Below are positions 62,060-64,000 of a stretch of 64,000 nucleotides of DNA, piece by piece. A program made the translations under genes and the position numbers. Origin of the DNA: Dicyema japonicum. Lineage: Eukaryota; Animalia; Dicyemida. A model generated the notes under the pieces. The model was not told the origin of the DNA. It ran no database searches and saw only the letters and a list, made by a program, of their open reading frames with translations. The stretch is from contig RDEW01000037.1 in the NCBI GenBank assembly GCA_011109175.1, positions 189,891 to 253,890 on the forward strand. The letters run 5' to 3'. Each line of letters opens with the position of its first letter. The stretch's first letter is position 1.

Positions 62060-62545
62060 TGTCAACTGCCAAAGAAGTAGACCAAGAGGATCACATTGTT
62101 GGATCCCAATCGATGATTTAATGAATCCATCACCAATAACGAGATACGAGTTTCATAATGTGAATAATTCTTGGTGCTCTTTTCAAAACGGTTTCAAGAA
62201 GATGGTCCCTACTCACAGAATTGAAGGCGTTGAAACTTCCAGCTTCACAATTATTGCAGGGTTATCTTCTTTACAATAGTTCACAAAGGAACAAGCGGCA
62301 TGAATGACCGAATCAAACCCCCCGCGGAATTGTAATAGTTTCAGTTCGGATGACAAATCATCGATGATGTTGCCAGATACAAACAGGTTTATGAGTTTGG
62401 TTAACGATGATACAAAGTGAGCTCCCGTCTCAAAAATTAAAAATGACGAAAGGTCTCTAATATGCTCGCATGCACTGCTGGTTATTTGAGCGAATCTCGC
62501 CATCCTGATAGTGAATAGGCACGTAGTCAGGGCGGCCATCATATG
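62060..62545 (-). mobile_element. CRE-like RT fragment
   Basis: QFRGGFDSVIHAAC..AIIVKLEVS resembles the CRE RT segment GGCEAAVHA..VKLDFSNAFN. Confidence 0.6.
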
Positions 62546-62549
62546 ACCA

Positions 62550-63100
62550 TTTGTTCCTAATCCTAGCTAGGCACATCGAACAGAACGGGAAATTCCTCTA
62601 TGTCATGCAATTCAGCATGGCCTCGCAAAAAAATTCACCGAACTTGTTGCCTTTCTCACTACCCACAAAATCGATATTGCCCTTCTACAAGAAACGAAAC
62701 TATCCAGAAAATCAATTCTTCCTCACTTCAAAGATTATTCTATTTTCCGCCGTGATCGACCAAATTCAAGCATGAAAAGCGGTGTTCTCATACTTATACA
62801 CAAATCTATTACTTTCTCTGATACTTCTACATGTCACACGCTCTGATTGAATGTGACATTGAACTTACTTCAGTCCTGGTCAAAATAAATCACACACCGT
62901 ACACATATGTAAATATTTAAATCCCACCATTTCAGATCCTCTTTCAAATAGAACAACAAGTTATCCTCAATGACCAAAAATCACACACTTGGACAGCTTC
63001 CAAAGCCGGATACTCCAATACAAACCTCACTCTATGTTCTCCATCGCTATCTTAGGCAACAACAACAACGATTTATTAACAAAAGAGTTAAGGATTTTTC
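62550..63100 (+). mobile_element. LINE APE endonuclease remnant
   Basis: LQETKL..SIFRRDRPN..SGVLILIHKSI. Confidence 0.65.
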
Positions 63101-63459
63101 TAAAGGGTATTACATCTGAGTCCTACCATAAGACTTGGACTCCACACCCAGACCCTTCTTCCTTTTTTTAAATTTTTTTTCAGGACGTTACTCCCAGCTT
63201 TATATAGGTGTCCTGGATCTTTGATCTCTTCCTGAAACCATTGATCCGATCCTCCACAATTCTAATCGGTTCTAAGAGCTTGTTTTCGTCCTCGCTTAGA
63301 CAGTTTTTCAATTTCTTGTTTAAGGAAAGCTTAATTGCAGCTTTCCTAGTCTTCTCTAGGAAGGATAAGATCTTCTCCCTTTTCGGAGAAAAAAACCACC
63401 CCTAGCACCCATAAAGTAGGCTATGGAGAATAACTCCCTTGAAGATGAACCGGTAGGTA

Positions 63460-64000
63460 TCACGGCTAACGTGTAACATCCGTATACATAGGAGCGACTG
63501 AAAAACTCTCTTTCTCCTCCCCTTTATGTCGTCTATGTCTGCGTTTCCATAGTCGACCCCCAGGTAGCGCAGGCTGTGTGCATTGTTTACTCCCAGTGTC
63601 TATTCTTGTTTTAGGTGCTTTTTCACATTGCTTATTCGGAGTGCACAAGATTTTCAGCAGAGAACTTTAACCCTCTCAGGTTGCACCAATGTTCAATCTG
63701 GTCAACACACTCCCGGATTCTTCCTTCAGATATAGAAGATTTTAGAGATGTGTCCACCACGATTACGTCATCCGCATAAATAAGAAGACTAGTATTAATA
63801 TTCCTCGGACGTGGAAAACTCGCCATGAATATATTAAACAAAATAGGGCTCAATACTGAACCTTGTGGTACTCCTCTCTTGAATAATATTGCATCGGATA
63901 TATTTCCACACACCTTCACAAAAGATTGTCTTTCCCGAAGATAATTTCTTAGCCAAACAAATAGGTATCTTGGAACACATGCTGATCTCTCTTTGGCTTC
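63460..64000 (-). mobile_element. Jockey/I-like RT fragment running off the window
   Basis: RGVPQGSVLSPILFNIFM..IYADD. Confidence 0.85.

Overview
AT-rich draft-assembly window (three N gaps, four single-N joins) from a eukaryote, most likely a reduced metazoan parasite such as a myxozoan or dicyemid. That taxon is inferred from metazoan-type genes plus tiny introns. Eight host genes can be rebuilt by hand-splicing GT-AG micro-introns of mostly 22-26 nt, which is why the ORF track shows them only as fragments: GTP-type PEPCK, a CLK/LAMMER kinase, an intronless proline/hydroxyproline dehydrogenase, a RECQL4-like protein, a SMYD SET-MYND protein, a roughly 900-aa acidic protein ending in a Rab32/38-like domain, a SPATA1-like protein and a Piwi-clade Argonaute. 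Between them lie many nested, decayed transposons: RTE, Jockey/I-like, R4/Dong-like and CRE-like non-LTR elements, a full-length Tigger/pogo, hAT pieces and an integrase remnant. The strongest novelties are (1) the giant Rab gene, whose acidic arm is split by about 28 consecutive phase-1 micro-introns while the GTPase-domain introns are phase 0, (2) a RECQL4 with an intact spliced frame but no helicase motifs I, II, III or VI, (3) the micro-intron system itself, including 17-21 nt candidates, and (4) a CRE retro-insertion with a 45-bp target-site duplication. All gene models are manual and need RNA-seq confirmation. Family assignments come from remembered motifs, not database searches.
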